From Camelus ferus (Eukaryota): a stretch of DNA of 64,000 bases. The stretch covers positions 32,552,001 through 32,616,000 of the forward strand of contig NC_045697.1 in NCBI RefSeq assembly GCF_009834535.1. The letters are read 5' to 3'. The position numbers were made by a program, and so were the translations under genes. Of this stretch, positions 13,620-26,470 are shown in pieces. The notes under the pieces were generated by a model that was given only the letters and a program-made list of their open reading frames with translations, did no database searches and was not told the origin of the DNA. Positions within the stretch are counted from its first letter, which is position 1, and each line of letters starts with the position of its first letter.

Positions 13620-15270
13620 AGTGACTAGGTGTATCCTGCAGAAGAGCACTCCAGCATTGTAAGATGCCACTGAGGTTGGTCTTTAGCTGAGCAGTCATCC
13701 CAATTCACCCATTCTGTCAGGTCAGTTGTCAGAGTGATGACATACTTGGTAATTAGCTCATCACTGCATCTCTTGGTCTGCAGCAGTATGTGTGGGATAC
13801 CACGTGAAAGCATGAGGAATTCTGTAAGCCCTGAAGTGATGTTGGGCTGAGAGGTACTACTGGCAGAGAAGATCGACTCATATTTGGAACATGAATCATT
13901 TTGGTTTGTGAGAATCACTGTTGCCTTTAAGGTGAAATGGGCCTGATACAAGCAACAAGTCTCTAAATATCTGGAGAGCTCAGTATCAGTCCTTCCATAT
14001 GGCAAACTGGCTAATCTAACTACTCACCAGTGGTAGTTAGATTAGCCTTCAAGTGAAAGAGCCATGTTGTTGATCCCACATAAATCCTTCATCCCCACCA
14101 CCATGGCCATTCTCTAATGAGTTAACTATGTGAGTATATGAGTTGCTGTATAGAGGAGCTGGCTAAGTCATTGTCTTCATCTGCTCCTTGAGGGCATCCT
14201 CTGAAGTGGATGCTGAGAAACATTGACATGCAACACAACAGACAAACTCTGTGGCCTCTTTAACTTTATAACTCCATGCTTCCAGTTTTTAAATCTTATC
14301 ATTTCAGATCTCTGAGCAACCAGCCAGTCTACTTCAGCACCAGAATTTGCTGTATATAACTCATTCATCTCTTTCTTCAGGCAGAACCCATAGCTTTCAC
14401 TATTAAAAGACCTTCCCTTCAACACTTGTTTTCAGGGAGGCCTACTCAATGAGGCTTTAATAAATATGGGGGCAGTTCGTCTTTCACTGGCATAAGTGTA
14501 TCCACTAATGAGTATTAGTCCTACAGCGTTTCCTGGTCATGAGAAACAACCCTTCAGCACATGGCTGTGAACTGAGGGAAAGGCTTTGTTACATCAGCAA
14601 TATGTGCTTTTGAGTCTGAACTATCTGTTAGAGCCTAATCCAGAATGCAGAACTTCACTTATAGAATGTGTTGCTTCTCTGCCTACCTGACTTTTGTAAT
14701 TCCTTGGATCTAATGATGGCTGGATCATGTTGGGAAAGTCATGTTGCCATATCTTGTTCCATTGTCGGTTCTCAATCTTTACTAGGGTGTAGTACCAGGC
14801 CAAGGGCATTTTCCAAATAGTGCATAGTTCTTGGCTATAGAAGAATTACTGTACTTAAAACTCCAGAGATATGGGCTACAACTATCCTATTAGAGCTTAC
14901 AAAGGACTTCACTCATGATACATAAAGTAACATCTTGTTTTCTGGTGGCAAAAGAGACAGTATGGCATTCACTAGAGCATGGACTTGCCACAGAACTCTC
15001 TCTTGCTTTGAATTCTATTTGAAACTGGCAGCCTTGTGTTTCATCCAATAAATAGGTGAGAGGAGCATTTCCAAGTGCAGTATGTGTTCCTAAATTCACT
15101 AAAATCTTTGACTCTTTCACAGTGGTAGGAGGCATGGGGCAGGGAGTAGGTAGTGGGGAGCAACAACTTGCCTTTTGTCTTATTGGGGGTGTCTCAGCAT
15201 GACTCAGACCACTGGACTCCTAAAACTTCACCAATGTCTCATGCATCTGAATCATCATAGACTTCATTTC
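13620..15270 (-). mobile_element. Decayed ERV-L (class III) pol: RT C-terminus, RNase H, integrase
   Basis: Colinear minus-strand peptides resemble ERV-L Pol as recalled: PPTTVKESKILVNL (cf. PPTTKKEAQRLVGL), LAWYYTLVKIE..DPRNYKSQVGR (cf. LACYWALVETE..DPPSHKVGR), GHGGGD (cf. GHGGRD), GLTEFLMLSRGIPH (cf. GLTECLIHRHGIPH); many stops and frameshifts. Confidence 0.8.
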
Positions 15271-15294
15271 CTATACACAACTCTGACACATATA

Positions 15295-16075
15295 CGTCGT
15301 ACAAAGACATCTAACCCCATAGAAAAAGAGGTGATTGATATAAACAGAATGCTAAAAATAAAAACGGTTCTTAAACATGAGAAGATTTTCAGCTTTATTT
15401 ATAAGAACAGGAATGTAAATTAAAATTACACTTTGATACTATGTTTATCTTTCAAGTTATCAAAGGACAAAAAAGTCAGTTAGAATGAAAAATAGACTCA
15501 CATACGTATTGCTAGTTTGTAAATAAGACAAATATCTAGGACAGTCAATTTAGTAATATCTATCTCTCAAAATATTAAGTGTATATGCCATTTGTCCTAG
15601 CCATTTCTTTCCCTAGAATTATCCTACAAATAATCTTGCATTTGAGAAAAATGACATATGTAAAAAGTTATTAAGTAACACTTTATTTACAATTAACAGA
15701 TTGAGAAATGACTTAATAATGGATTGGTTAAATAATGCTATTCAAAGGGCAAAGACCTTCAGAAAGACTGAAATAGATTTTTAGCTACTGATACAAAATG
15801 ATATCCAAAATATTTTTTAAGCAAAAAAAGCAAGGTACTGAACAGTGTATATGGCATACTACCATGTTTGTTTACCTCTGTTTATCAGGAATCTGAAATA
15901 ATGCTCAAGAAATTCATTAATTTTAAAAGTGGCTTCCTCATGGGTGGGAAATTGATTGTTTCTATGACAAATGTGTAACAACTACTTTTTTTTTTACTGC
16001 ATACTTATTTATTCCTTTTGAATTTTTTATTACATGCATGCATTATTCATTTTTAAAAATCAAAATAAATCCTAC
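15295..16075 (+). mobile_element. Ancient L1 (L1ME-like) 3' end
   Basis: aaccccatagaaaaa...aaacatgagaagattttcagc...atgtaaattaaaattaca, ctagccatttctttccctagaatt. Confidence 0.6.
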
Positions 16076-16504
16076 TTAATTCAATTTAAACTTTCACTTA
16101 TATCTAATTCAAAACTCTATTCCTCCCTCTAGCTCAGATCTGAGCAGCAACCTGAGGATTTATAATAGGGAAGAGAGGAAGAGTAAGAGCAGTTTGTTCA
16201 TCTTCTTTATCTCCTCCCACTTGTGGCCACTTCCTCCAAGATTGAGACAGGGGAGAAAAGGATTAAGCAAAACGAATTAAAAGTCTTAAGAGTTTTTTAA
16301 GACAGGGAAATTCATACACTGTTGTTAATTTTGTTAAAATAATGGTAAATAAATTTGGCTATATCTGATGAATTTTGATAAAATCTTGTGGATTCAGTAC
16401 TCATTGGAGTTTGGACATCATTGACCTGCCATAGCCTTGAAAACTCTGGCTGTCTCATTACTCAATTTGGGCAAAACTTAACCCAGCTTCCTTTGGGATG
16501 CCTT

Positions 16505-16985
16505 TTGTACTCCTCAGAGTAACCCTAGGTGCTCTAACAAATAAACCCTGGAATATAAGTGGCGTAATAAAATATAATCTTATTTCTTGCTCATCTAATA
16601 ATCTAATGGGCATATTCCTAGTCAGTGGGGTTTAGGAATGAGTATGAGGGCTTTTGGTTTGCATTCATTTAAACCCACATTGTCAAAGGCTCTGCCATCT
16701 TCAACATACAACTTCGTAAGATTTCTTGGGCATTGCTGTACAGCAGTGGAAGAAGGGGAAAATATGGTGGCTTGCAGTATGGGAGTTTTATGGATCAGGC
16801 CTGTAAGTGGAATGCACCACTACAGTCTGTTTCATGGGCCAGAACTCATTGAAATAGGCAGACTTTACTGTAAGTGAAGCTGAGAAATGTGGTCCCGGAC
16901 TGGTCAGCAGTTTTTTACTGACAATTCTACACCATTGAAAGTCAAGCATAACATTTTTCATCAGTTACTTGTCTCTGCCATATGT
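16505..16985 (-). mobile_element. MLT1K/J-like MaLR LTR
   Basis: taacaaataaaccc...agtggc...tatttcttgctca; ggctctgccatcttcaaca. Confidence 0.6.
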
Positions 16986-17317
16986 GTCTCAGCAATTTCC
17001 CATGTCAGTTGCATCTCACAGCTGCTCATTGCTGAAAGACAGTTTGCCTTTTTCTTGCAGGAGGCTACTCTTCGGCAAAGCATATTAAATACAACACAAG
17101 GTTGACTACCTTTTCTACTTTGCCCAAGGGAATCTTAATTTCCAAATGTGTAACAGACAGTAGCATCTTTGTCTGTATGTGTGTGTATGTGTGTGTATAT
17201 ATATATTCCTTACTCCAGAATATATAGCAAAGTATTTCAAAACCACTATGATCCACTCAAACATATCCATTACAAAGTCAAGGTTCTCTGTCTAAGTAAG
17301 TGTCAAAGCTAAAATAC

Positions 17318-17806
17318 TGTATTCAGTGGCCTTTCTGGGAAACAGACACTAAGTCAGAGTTACTAGTACAAGAGACATCCTGGAGAGTGGTGTATGGGTA
17401 AAGGCTTGTGAAAGGGAGAGGAAGTAGGACTGGGCCATAAAGATTTCTAATATTGAAGCAGATCTGACATCTATGAAAGGAAGGCTTGGAGGAAGCAGAA
17501 TTGGTAGGGAAAAGATCAGACTGCAGTGCAGATCTGCAAAAGTGTTAGTCCCATGGACAGCACTAGAGCAGAGGTTGCCAGTTAAAAGAATTGATCATTT
17601 GTCCAAAATGGCCACATGCTAGTAATATAACATGTTCAATCGTTGGTTGGGCTGGACAAAAAAAAGGAGATGAATTCATCTTGGAAGATGAGGTAAGCTC
17701 TGAAGGCATTAGCAGTTGAAGGCTAGTAGCTAAAAGCACTACTTGAAGTTGAATGGGGAGTTCATTTTTAGAAGGAAATATGAGCTAAAACCTCCATGGC
17801 TGCTTT
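17318..17806 (-). mobile_element. LTR16-like ERVL LTR
   Basis: ctgggaaacagacact...ggaagtaggactgggc...gcagtgcag...cccatggacagcactagagc resembles the reverse complement of LTR16. Confidence 0.6.
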
Positions 17807-18651
17807 AGCTATGGACTCAGATTTCAATTATTTCAGGTCTCCTCAGTTTCTATGAGTAGTTCTGTTGGATTAGTCCTCACTTAACTTGGCTGATACATCC
17901 AACTACCGTCTCATCTCCATACCTCCATACGAACTGCATGGGTTGAGAAGAAGATATATCACAATGCTTCCATTAGGAAGTTAGCCTTTCTGTTTTAGGA
18001 AACTTTCCCTTGACTCCTTGGATCCTCCTTACTTAGGAAGAAAATGGCTGATGTGATTCTTAGTAATGGGTCAGGAAGTTTCTAAATACAAAGAAAGAGC
18101 ATGTCTGGTATCTCCTTAGCATTCTTGGAAATGGGAAAACTTGGACCACTCTCCAACAATTTTGAAAAGAGCCTCAAAAAAGGAAAAAAAAAAGAAAAGT
18201 TGTCAAATAAAAAAAAATGAAACTCATAGTGGGTTAAACCAATATATCTAACATTTGAATAACTGGAGTTGAAAAAGGAAAAAGAAAAGGAAAAGATGAA
18301 ATACTAGAACTTATCCAAATAATCGAGGGACATATGTCTGCAGATGGAAAGGAGCCCAGTGACACCTAGCAAAATAAAGACCTGTATAAAGTGACTTTTT
18401 TCTACAGTGTAGATAATTCCTCACAAAATCTGACCTTTAAGTTCTTGGTTCTTTCTCTTCCGATGATCTAACTCTTCACTCTATTTCAGGCACAATGTTC
18501 ATGTTCATAGCATTACTATTTAAATGAATAATAACTCACTTTCCTAGTAATTTTATTTTTAAGCACCTTAGTCTGTGGCCACAACCTTTTCAGTTACTAC
18601 TACTTTATGACACACACTCCAGTAATGTACTTGCAATGCATTGACCCTAGA

Positions 18652-19151
18652 ATGTTGACGGTCCCCAATACCATCTCCAGTTTCAATGGTTTGCTAGGAG
18701 GACTCATGGGGCCCAAGATGCAATCATCCTCACTGCCAAAATTTATTAAAGCAAAAGGACACGAAGCAAAGTCAGCAATCAGGCACAAGCTTCCAAGAGT
18801 TCTTCCCCAGTAGAGTCACATAAGCAAAGAGTCATTATAGCACGTGTGAAAGTTTATCAGAGAAGCTCGTCAGAGACTCAGTGCCTAAGGATTTTATTAG
18901 GGACGAGTCATGTGGGTACTCTCTCCCTAGCATGTATCAAAATTTCAGACTCAGAGAAGGAAAGCTGATGTTTAGCATAAATCATTATTGTTTGCACACC
19001 TAGTTTAGATACAGTAAGCCATTCTTATCAAGAGAAGTAATGAAAACCCTCCCCAAATCCAAGCTGCCATGCCAGCCAAAATCCAGTCTTATAAGTAGGA
19101 CTTTCAAAGGATAGCAGTCTCACATGTACTATGTTAACTATTTTCTGCACA
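18652..19151 (-). mobile_element. MER21/MER68-family LTR
   Basis: ccccaataccatctccagtttcaatggtttgctaggaggactca, gcacaagcttccaagagt, terminal gttaactattttctgcaca. Confidence 0.85.
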
Positions 19152-19411
19152 CACTAAAACATTTTCATGTCCTTCACCCTGTCACATCCTCATATCCAGT
19201 ATTCCTGAAGTCAGAGTCTACGGTATACATACCCCAGATCCCCTTCCTGTTCTCTGTATGACACTGGGGGGATATCATGTTTATACCTAAGTCTCTAATT
19301 ATTTCTTTAAATTGTGTATTATAACAGAAAAATAAAAAGCTCTCATACTAGGTTCATGACTAATGGCCCTTAATTTTTTTGTCCAGGAATTCTACTAAAA
19401 TTCCTTCTTTT

Positions 19412-19563
19412 ATTGGTTCTCAAACTGTGGTCACTGAACACGTAGGATCATCACCACCTGGGAACTTAACTACAAATGTAAGCTTTCAGGTCTCACTGTA
19501 GAGCCACTGTTTCAGAAACTCTGGAGAAGGACCCAGATATCCATGTCAAAGTTTGAGAAACTG
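19412..19563. mobile_element. MER5A-like hAT-Charlie MITE
   Basis: TIR-like ggttctcaaact ... agtttgagaaactg; internal catcaccacctgggaactt, cagaaactctgg. Confidence 0.75.
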
Positions 19564-19599
19564 TTCTTGACCGACCGTTCATCCTCACAATCACAGTCT

Positions 19600-20220
19600 C
19601 TTAGGCATTACTTTACATGTTCCCTTCTTCAACTCAAGTCACCAGTAACACCACTCACATTTTTCTTCTGTCAATGGCTTTGCTTTTTATTTGACTGATA
19701 AAATAGGAGTAATTAGAAAGAAACTCTGTAAGCCCCCTTCTGCCCATGCTTCTAACCTGTGCCCATATTATTATCTGCCTTTGCTCCCTTTATTATAGAG
19801 AACTTGGCTATGATCCATTTGTGCCCTGGATTTTACCCTCCCTGCCTAAAATATAACTGTCTCCCTTTTTCTTCAACATCATCAATTTCCTTTCCAGTGA
19901 ATCACTTCTGTTAGCGTTCAGATATGCAGTAATGTCTCCGGCAACAATAACAGCATCATGACCTTGCTCTCTAGCAGCTCGTTTCAGTGATTTACTTTAT
20001 AGCAAAACAGCTAAAAAGGGAATGTATACTCAATGTCTCTAACTCCTTTCCCCCCATTCTCTCTAACCTTCTTTAATTAGACTTTTTCTCTACCATTTCA
20101 CAAAGACAGTTCTTGTTAAGGACAACAATGTTCTCCACCTTAATAAATATTGTGATCAATTTCAGTCCTCATGTTATCACCACAATTTTACAAGTTGATT
20201 CATGGTCTCTTTATATTTTC
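19600..20220 (+). mobile_element. L2 LINE fragment
   Basis: ttgactgataaaataggagtaattagaaagaaact; tcttgttaaggacaacaatg; ttcagtcctcatgtta. Confidence 0.6.
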
Positions 20221-20319
20221 TCTGTATTACCTAGAATATCTTCCATATTTCCTTATGAGTCACTCCCATGCATCTTGATACCTCTGCTCAAATGTGTTAC
20301 TGATCTAGCCTAATGGTAA

Positions 20320-20500
20320 TAGCAAATACTGTACATAGACTAGTTACTATCTATCAGACATTTAGGTACTAATGCCATACCACTTTTTAAGATGGAGAAA
20401 CTGAGGTGCAGAGAGATACATTAATTTTTCCAAAGTCACACTGTCAGTAAGAGTGGAGCCACAATTTAAGTCCAAGCAGTACTGCAGTATAGACCATGAT
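20320..20500 (-). mobile_element. MIR SINE
   Basis: ttttaagatggagaaactgaggtgcagagag...tccaaagtcacac. Confidence 0.75.
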
Positions 20501-20786
20501 CTTAGGCCCTAAACCATATGGCTGTATGGATTTCCCAGACTCCCTATCCCAATTAACTAATGTCACCCACTGCTCTCTGTGTTCCCTCAACTTTCTGTGA
20601 GTTCCTGCATAGCCCTTATTATCATCCATGGCAGAGAATGTCAAGTGTTCATTAAAAACTTGTTTTGTTTCAGCTTAAACTAAATTTCCTAATCTCTCTT
20701 GCCATGGAATTGACTTCTGTTCAGTGGAACATGGTCATAAATGATGTGCTTCACTTCTAAGCCTGGCCTCTGATAACCTCCAGATG

Positions 20787-20811
20787 CTGTTTTGTAAATA
20801 AGTTCATTTGT

Positions 20812-20846
<35 letters not shown>

Positions 20847-20984
20847 TTCCACACTTAAGTGATATTATATGGTATTTTTATTTCTCTTTCTGGCTTACTT
20901 CCCTTGATATGACAATCTCCAGGTCCATCCATGTAGTTACAAATGGCATTATTTTATTCTTTTTATAGCCGAGTAGTATTCCAT

Positions 20985-21028
<44 letters not shown>

Positions 21029-21061
21029 TAATATATATTAATTATATAATATAATAATATG

Positions 21062-21115
<54 letters not shown>

Positions 21116-21180
21116 CTTCTTTATCCAGTCATCTATCGATGGACATTTAGGTTGCTTCCGTGTCTTGGCTACTGTAAAGA
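20787..21180 (-). mobile_element. Lineage-specific L1 3' UTR fragment with expanded poly(T) and (TA)n
   Basis: ctgttttgtaaataagttcatt...agattccaca...tggcttacttc...tttatccagtcatctatcgatggacatttaggttg matches 12240-12490. Confidence 0.85.
20985..21112. repeat. (TG)n/(TA)n/(CA)n compound microsatellite
   Basis: read directly; includes a ~45-nt pure (TA)n run. Confidence 0.95.
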
Positions 21181-21181
21181 G

Positions 21182-21307
21182 TTTTAAAAAAAATTTGGGG
21201 GGTGTAATTAGATTTATTTATTCAATTTTTAAAATGGAGGCACTAGGGGTTGAACGCAGGACCTCATGCATGCTAAGTAGACACTTCACTACTGAGCTAT
21301 TCTCTCC
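21182..21307 (-). mobile_element. tRNA-derived SINE (camelid Vic-1-like)
   Basis: Minus strand: ggagagaatagctcagtagtg...cttagcatgcatgaggtcctgcgttcaacccctagtgcctcca...taaataaatctaattac; pol III A/B boxes; homologous to 56340-56486. Confidence 0.85.
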
Positions 21308-21311
21308 TGCA

Positions 21312-21840
21312 CAATGGCACACATTTTTATCTCAAAATTCCTGAGGGCCTAGGGGGTAGTATGCTGTGTGCTATGCTGAAGGTCTGTAAGACTGCAATCA
21401 GAGAGCTGGCCAGGACTGTGGTCTCATCTGAGGCTTGGGGTCTTCTTCTCACTGTTGTTGCCAGAATTTAGTTCCTTGCAGTTGTAGGAGTGCGCCCCTC
21501 AGCTATGAGGGATCGTTTTCAGTTTGCTGCCAGGTGGACCTCTCCAGAACATGGCAGTTTGCTCCTTCAAGGTCAGCATGCCACTATCTCACTGTTTTGA
21601 ACCTCTACCTTCAAAGAACATCTCAAACTTCTTTTGATAAGGTGTTACCTTGTAAGGTCAGAGACACCCGGGATACTCTCCTTTGATTAATTCAGTCTGC
21701 TGACCAGGAGCCTTAATTACATCTGTGAAATACTTTTACCTTTGTCATGTAAAATAAGCTCATCAAGGGCAGGAGATTGTACAAAGTAATTACACTAGGG
21801 GCTAGGAATCTTGGGGAGCACCTTGGAATTTTGCCTTTCA
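21312..21840 (-). mobile_element. MLT1G/H-like MaLR LTR
   Basis: gtggtctcatctgaggctt, gccagaatttagttccttgcagttgtagga, end cttggggagcaccttggaattttgcctttca. Confidence 0.7.
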
Positions 21841-21931
21841 AAATGCTTTCAGAGGACAGTTCTTCCAAGAATTCTATAGTCAGACAAAATATCAGATATT
21901 TTAGACATGTAAATATTTAGGAAGTTTCCTC

Positions 21932-22505
21932 TGTGTGGCAGAGAGTTAACACAGCAGGCCTGATGTTGCTTTTCAGAAGGGCATGCTTGCGGAGTTGTCC
22001 TTGGCTGGTATTTGGGAACTTGGCTTTTGGAATCTTCCCTATGTTACTAATCAGTAAGGTTGTTCTTTATGCCTGGGCCCTGAACCCTGCTGTACCAAGA
22101 GGACTAGATTATCTGTGCAAAAATGTGATCTGTGGTAAATGTCGCTTTACCTTCTGGGAATCTGTAATTTTTGTAATTATGACTCAGGCAGGGAATGCCT
22201 TTGTGGTCACTAAAAGTCCTGTATTGTGAGTCTCAAGTGGGCTTTCTTGGGCAAAATCATCCTACAAATGTTGCTGCATTTCATTGTGGGAGAAAGAAGC
22301 GTGCTCTTTGCAGCCCTCACACCCCCTAACCTGAGAGGAAACCTTAGCAGTCTGTTCCTGATATCCTCCAGACTCTGCCTGATGGGTCTTTTTCTGTTGC
22401 TGATCCTCCTTTGCATCCTTTCAGGATCAATTACCGTAGCTTCTGGGTCCTGTGGGTCTTGCTAATGAGTCACCTAACATGAAGTTGTTGTGAGATCCTC
22501 AAATA
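21932..22505 (+). mobile_element. MER77/MER21-family LTR
   Basis: tgtgtggcagagagttaacacagcaggcctga start; tgttgctgcatttcattg; cctccagactctgcctgatg. Confidence 0.8.
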
Positions 22506-24049
22506 ACCTGCATATTCATTGTAGTAAAAGACAGTTATCAAGAAAATTAAGGTGCAAATCAAGAAAGACAAAAGTGCATTCAAGAAATAGTGGCTAGAAT
22601 CTAGGAGGTGAGTAAATCCAAGGCATAGAATAACAGCTGTGCATCAGCCTAGAGAACAGCCAGTCTTGACTGGAGCCAGAGTATAGAAAGACCACAAGTA
22701 AATAACATGCTATAGTTGAGACTGTAAAAATATATGAGAACAAAGAAAATCTAGCACTATAACAAAAATGAGGCAACCTGCAAACTCATACAAAACAAAA
22801 GAATGTACACAAATAATTTCCCAATAGGAAGGGAAAGTGTGCCATTAATTTTAAATAATGAAAATTATTATGTATTTTACCTAAAATGTGGGAACACTTT
22901 TAGTGGGTGTGGCTAATCACTTTGGACATAGAGAGAAAAAAAATGTGTTACTCTAGCATATTACCAAGTCTAATATTGAAGAGATTATATGCCATTAACG
23001 ATGTAAATGTTCTTTAATCTCTTTCATTTTAATAGCTTTTGATTTATTGTATCAGACATACAAACTTATAGTTATTACTAAATCATAAATAAGTATTAAA
23101 CTTGACTGTGTAAAAATAAAATGTTGGCAGCAGAATTGCAACGTGGAGAAAAGAGATGCAGTGTGGAGAAAGAACAGGAGTATTAGCACCACCATCTTTC
23201 ATTGCAGAGGGCCAGATGTTACGGCAAACGTTTATGGAAAAAGAAAGAAAACTTTGTGTTATATTTAAAGTTTTAGAGTAAATAAGAGAACTAAAATAAT
23301 AATAGCACACATAGCAAGTATTAGGAGGGGACAGTCTACAGTAAGATAGATCCTGATCATGTCAGAGAATGAATACCTAGTGTCTAAAGTTGAAAATAAA
23401 TAACTATATACATATAATTTATTTTTTATTAAAATATATATTTTTAATTTTAAAAGTACCAGAAAACTAACATTTTTCAAAAATTATTTAGTATTTAATG
23501 TGACAACATATACATTCACTGATTTATATTAAAACTTTAGAGGAGAAAAATATTAATGGAAGTTAGATACCAGGATGCCAATAAGAAAATAACAGTTTTA
23601 TTAAAGTAGTGGGATAATATGGATTTTTAAATTTCTAATTGTAAATTTTTTGATATTATTACATTGTTTTTAACTTTAAAACATAATTGTATATTAAGCT
23701 TTTCCAAAATTTATTAGAATGTTAACACTAGAAGGGCAGAGATTTAGTTTTTCTGCTCTATTCTTAGAACATAAAACAAGGATTGGCATATAATAGATGT
23801 TCCACAAACATTTCTTGAGTGAATGCAATTTGAATTCAACAAATAGTCTTTAAAAATCATCTCCTACATGAAAGGCAATATTTTAGGTTCAGCAACTCCA
23901 ACTCTAATCACTCTCTTTTCTTTTTTATAAATTTCATTTTGATTCCACTTTAATAATTTAATTTCATCCCTATTGCTCCATGACCTATTGCTTCATATAG
24001 TTTGCATCCACGGACAACTAAAATACTTCAATATTACATTTGGCCTTCC

Positions 24050-24456
24050 AGGGGAACTACCATTTAAAGATAAACACCAGAGAAAGAGTAGAAATGCATA
24101 ATGAGATGATTACAGATGGAGGCAATAGCATTTATGAGAACTTGACGTGTCAGAAAGATAGGAAGATATTTGATATGGTTAAAACAGTGAGTTTGACAGG
24201 AAAATGTAGTCAGAGTGTTTCTTATCATGGGAAAAAATTGCTAGGATCTTGGGGATAGAGAAGGTTATATATGTAATATTTCATATACAAAAATACATAT
24301 AGTCAGATCAATAGTTCAACAGAGAGGTAGTCAAATTGTTAGAATTTGGTGACTGAATGGTTACAGGGAGGGATTTTTGAGGATGACTTGGGCCAAACTC
24401 TTTTAGAGAATTTAAAGGTGAACAGATTTTAATTTTTTGGCAGTGGTGATATTCTT

Positions 24457-24496
<40 letters not shown>

Positions 24497-24665
24497 TGAT
24501 TATGCTGATGCATGTGAATTGGTGAATTCAGTTCAGTACGTTTAAGATGCCTGACTAAAATTCAGGTAGAGATTTCTAACCACTTAATTGTGAGTTAGAA
24601 GTTGGGTCTTCATCTCAGAAGAAGACAATGGACTGATGAGAGTTTTGGCAATCAATAGCATATAG
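24050..24665 (-). mobile_element. L2 LINE fragment
   Basis: gaatttggtgactgaatgg, gaattcagttcagtacgtttaagatgcct, gttttggcaatcaatagcatatag. Confidence 0.5.
24462..24494. repeat. (TG)n microsatellite
   Basis: read directly. Confidence 0.95.
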
Positions 24666-24696
24666 AATTAATAAACTTAAAAAATTAACCACTGCA

Positions 24697-26470
24697 GCAT
24701 AGTACTCAATAGTGAAAAACTCAAAAGCTTCCCACTAAAATCTGGGCCAAGACAAGGTTGCCCACTATCACCACTCCTATTCAACATAGTCTTGGAAGTC
24801 CTAGCCACAGCAATCAGGCAAGAGAGAGAAATAAAAGGGATCCAAATCAGAAAAGAAGAGGTAAAAGTGTCACTATATGCCAATGACATGTTATTATATA
24901 TAGAAAACCCTAAAAGGTCCACACAAAAGGTCCACTAGAGCTGATCAAAGAATTCAGCAAGGTAGCAGGTTACAAGATTAATGTTCAAAAATCAGTTGCA
25001 TTTCTTTACACTAATGATGAATCAACAGAAAAAGAAAGTAAAGAAACAATCCCCTTTAAAATAGCACCCAAAGTAATAAAATACCTAGAAATAAGTCTAA
25101 CCAAGGAGGTGACAGACTTATACACAGAAAACTATAAACCACTGATGAAGGAAATTAAAGAAGACTTTAAAAAATGGAAAGATATCCCATGCTTGTGGAT
25201 TAGAAGAATCAATATTGTTAAAATGGTCACACTGCCCAAGGCAATCTACAGATTTAATGCAATTCCTATCAAATTACCCAGGACATACTTCACAGAACTA
25301 GAACAAATCAAAATAAAATTTACATGGAACCATCAAAGACCTAGAATTGCCAAAGCATTATTGAAGACAAAGAAAGAGGCTGGAGGAATAACTCTCCCAG
25401 ACTTCAGACAATACTGTAGAGCTACAGTCATCAAGACAGCATGGTATTGGTACAAAAACAGACATATGGACCAATGGAACAGAATAGAGAGCCCAGAAAT
25501 GAACCCACAAACTTTTGGTCAACTCCTCTTCGACAAAAGAGGCAAGAATATACAAAGGAATAAAGACAGTCTCTTCAGCAAATGGTTTTGGGAAAACTGG
25601 ACAGCAGCATGTAAAGCAATGAAGCTAGAACACTCCCTTATACCATACATAAAAATAAACTCAAAATGGATCAGAGACTTAAACATAAGACAAGATACAA
25701 TAAACCTCCTAGAAAAAAATATAGGCAAAACATTTCCTCACATACATCTCAAAAATGTTCTCCTAGGGCAGTCTACCCAAGCAATAGAAATAAAAGCAAA
25801 AATAAACAAATGGGGTCTAATTAAACTTACAAGCTTCTGCACAGCAAAGGAAACCATAAGTAAAACAAAACGACAACCTATGGAATGGGAGAAAATTTTT
25901 GCAAATGAAACCGACAAAGGCTTGATCTCCAGAATATATAAGCAGCTCATATGACTTAATAAGAAAAACACAAAGAAACCCAATCCAGAAATGGGCAAAA
26001 GACCTAAACAAGCAATTCTCCAAGGAAGAAATACAAATGATCAATAGGCACATGATAAAATGCTCAACATCACTAATTATCAGAGATATGCAAATCAAAA
26101 CTATGATGAGGTATCACCTCACACCCGTCAGAATGGCCATCATTCCAAAGTCCACAAATGACAAAGGCTGGAGAGGCTATGGAGAAAAGGGAACCCTCCT
26201 ACACTGCTGGTGGGAATGCAGTTTGGTGCAGCCACTGTGGAAAGCAGTATGGAGATTCCTCAAGAGACTAGGAATAGACTTACCACATGACCCAGTAATC
26301 CCGCTCCTAGGCATATATCCAGAAGGAACCCGACTTCAAAAAGATACCTGCACCACAATTTACAATAGCCAAGACATGGAAACAGCTTAAATGTCCATCA
26401 ACAGATGACTGGATAAGGAAGAAGTGGTATATTAATACAATGGAATACTATTCAGCCATAAAAATCAACA
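24697..26470 (+). pseudogene. Disrupted L1 ORF2 (reverse transcriptase / C-terminal domain)
   Basis: 281-aa ORF 25109-25954 and 117-aa ORF 26037-26390 are ORF2 pieces; catalytic motif reads YAND; frameshift near 24930; stop at 25952. Confidence 0.9.

Noticed and set aside
13625..14005. 126-aa ORF as a domesticated integrase
   Set aside because: Only short ERV-L motifs survive, the SDQG catalytic motif is lost, and neighbouring pol is fragmented
25109..25954. 281-aa ORF as a host gene
   Set aside because: It is an internal piece of L1 ORF2 in a 5'-truncated, frameshifted copy with no promoter
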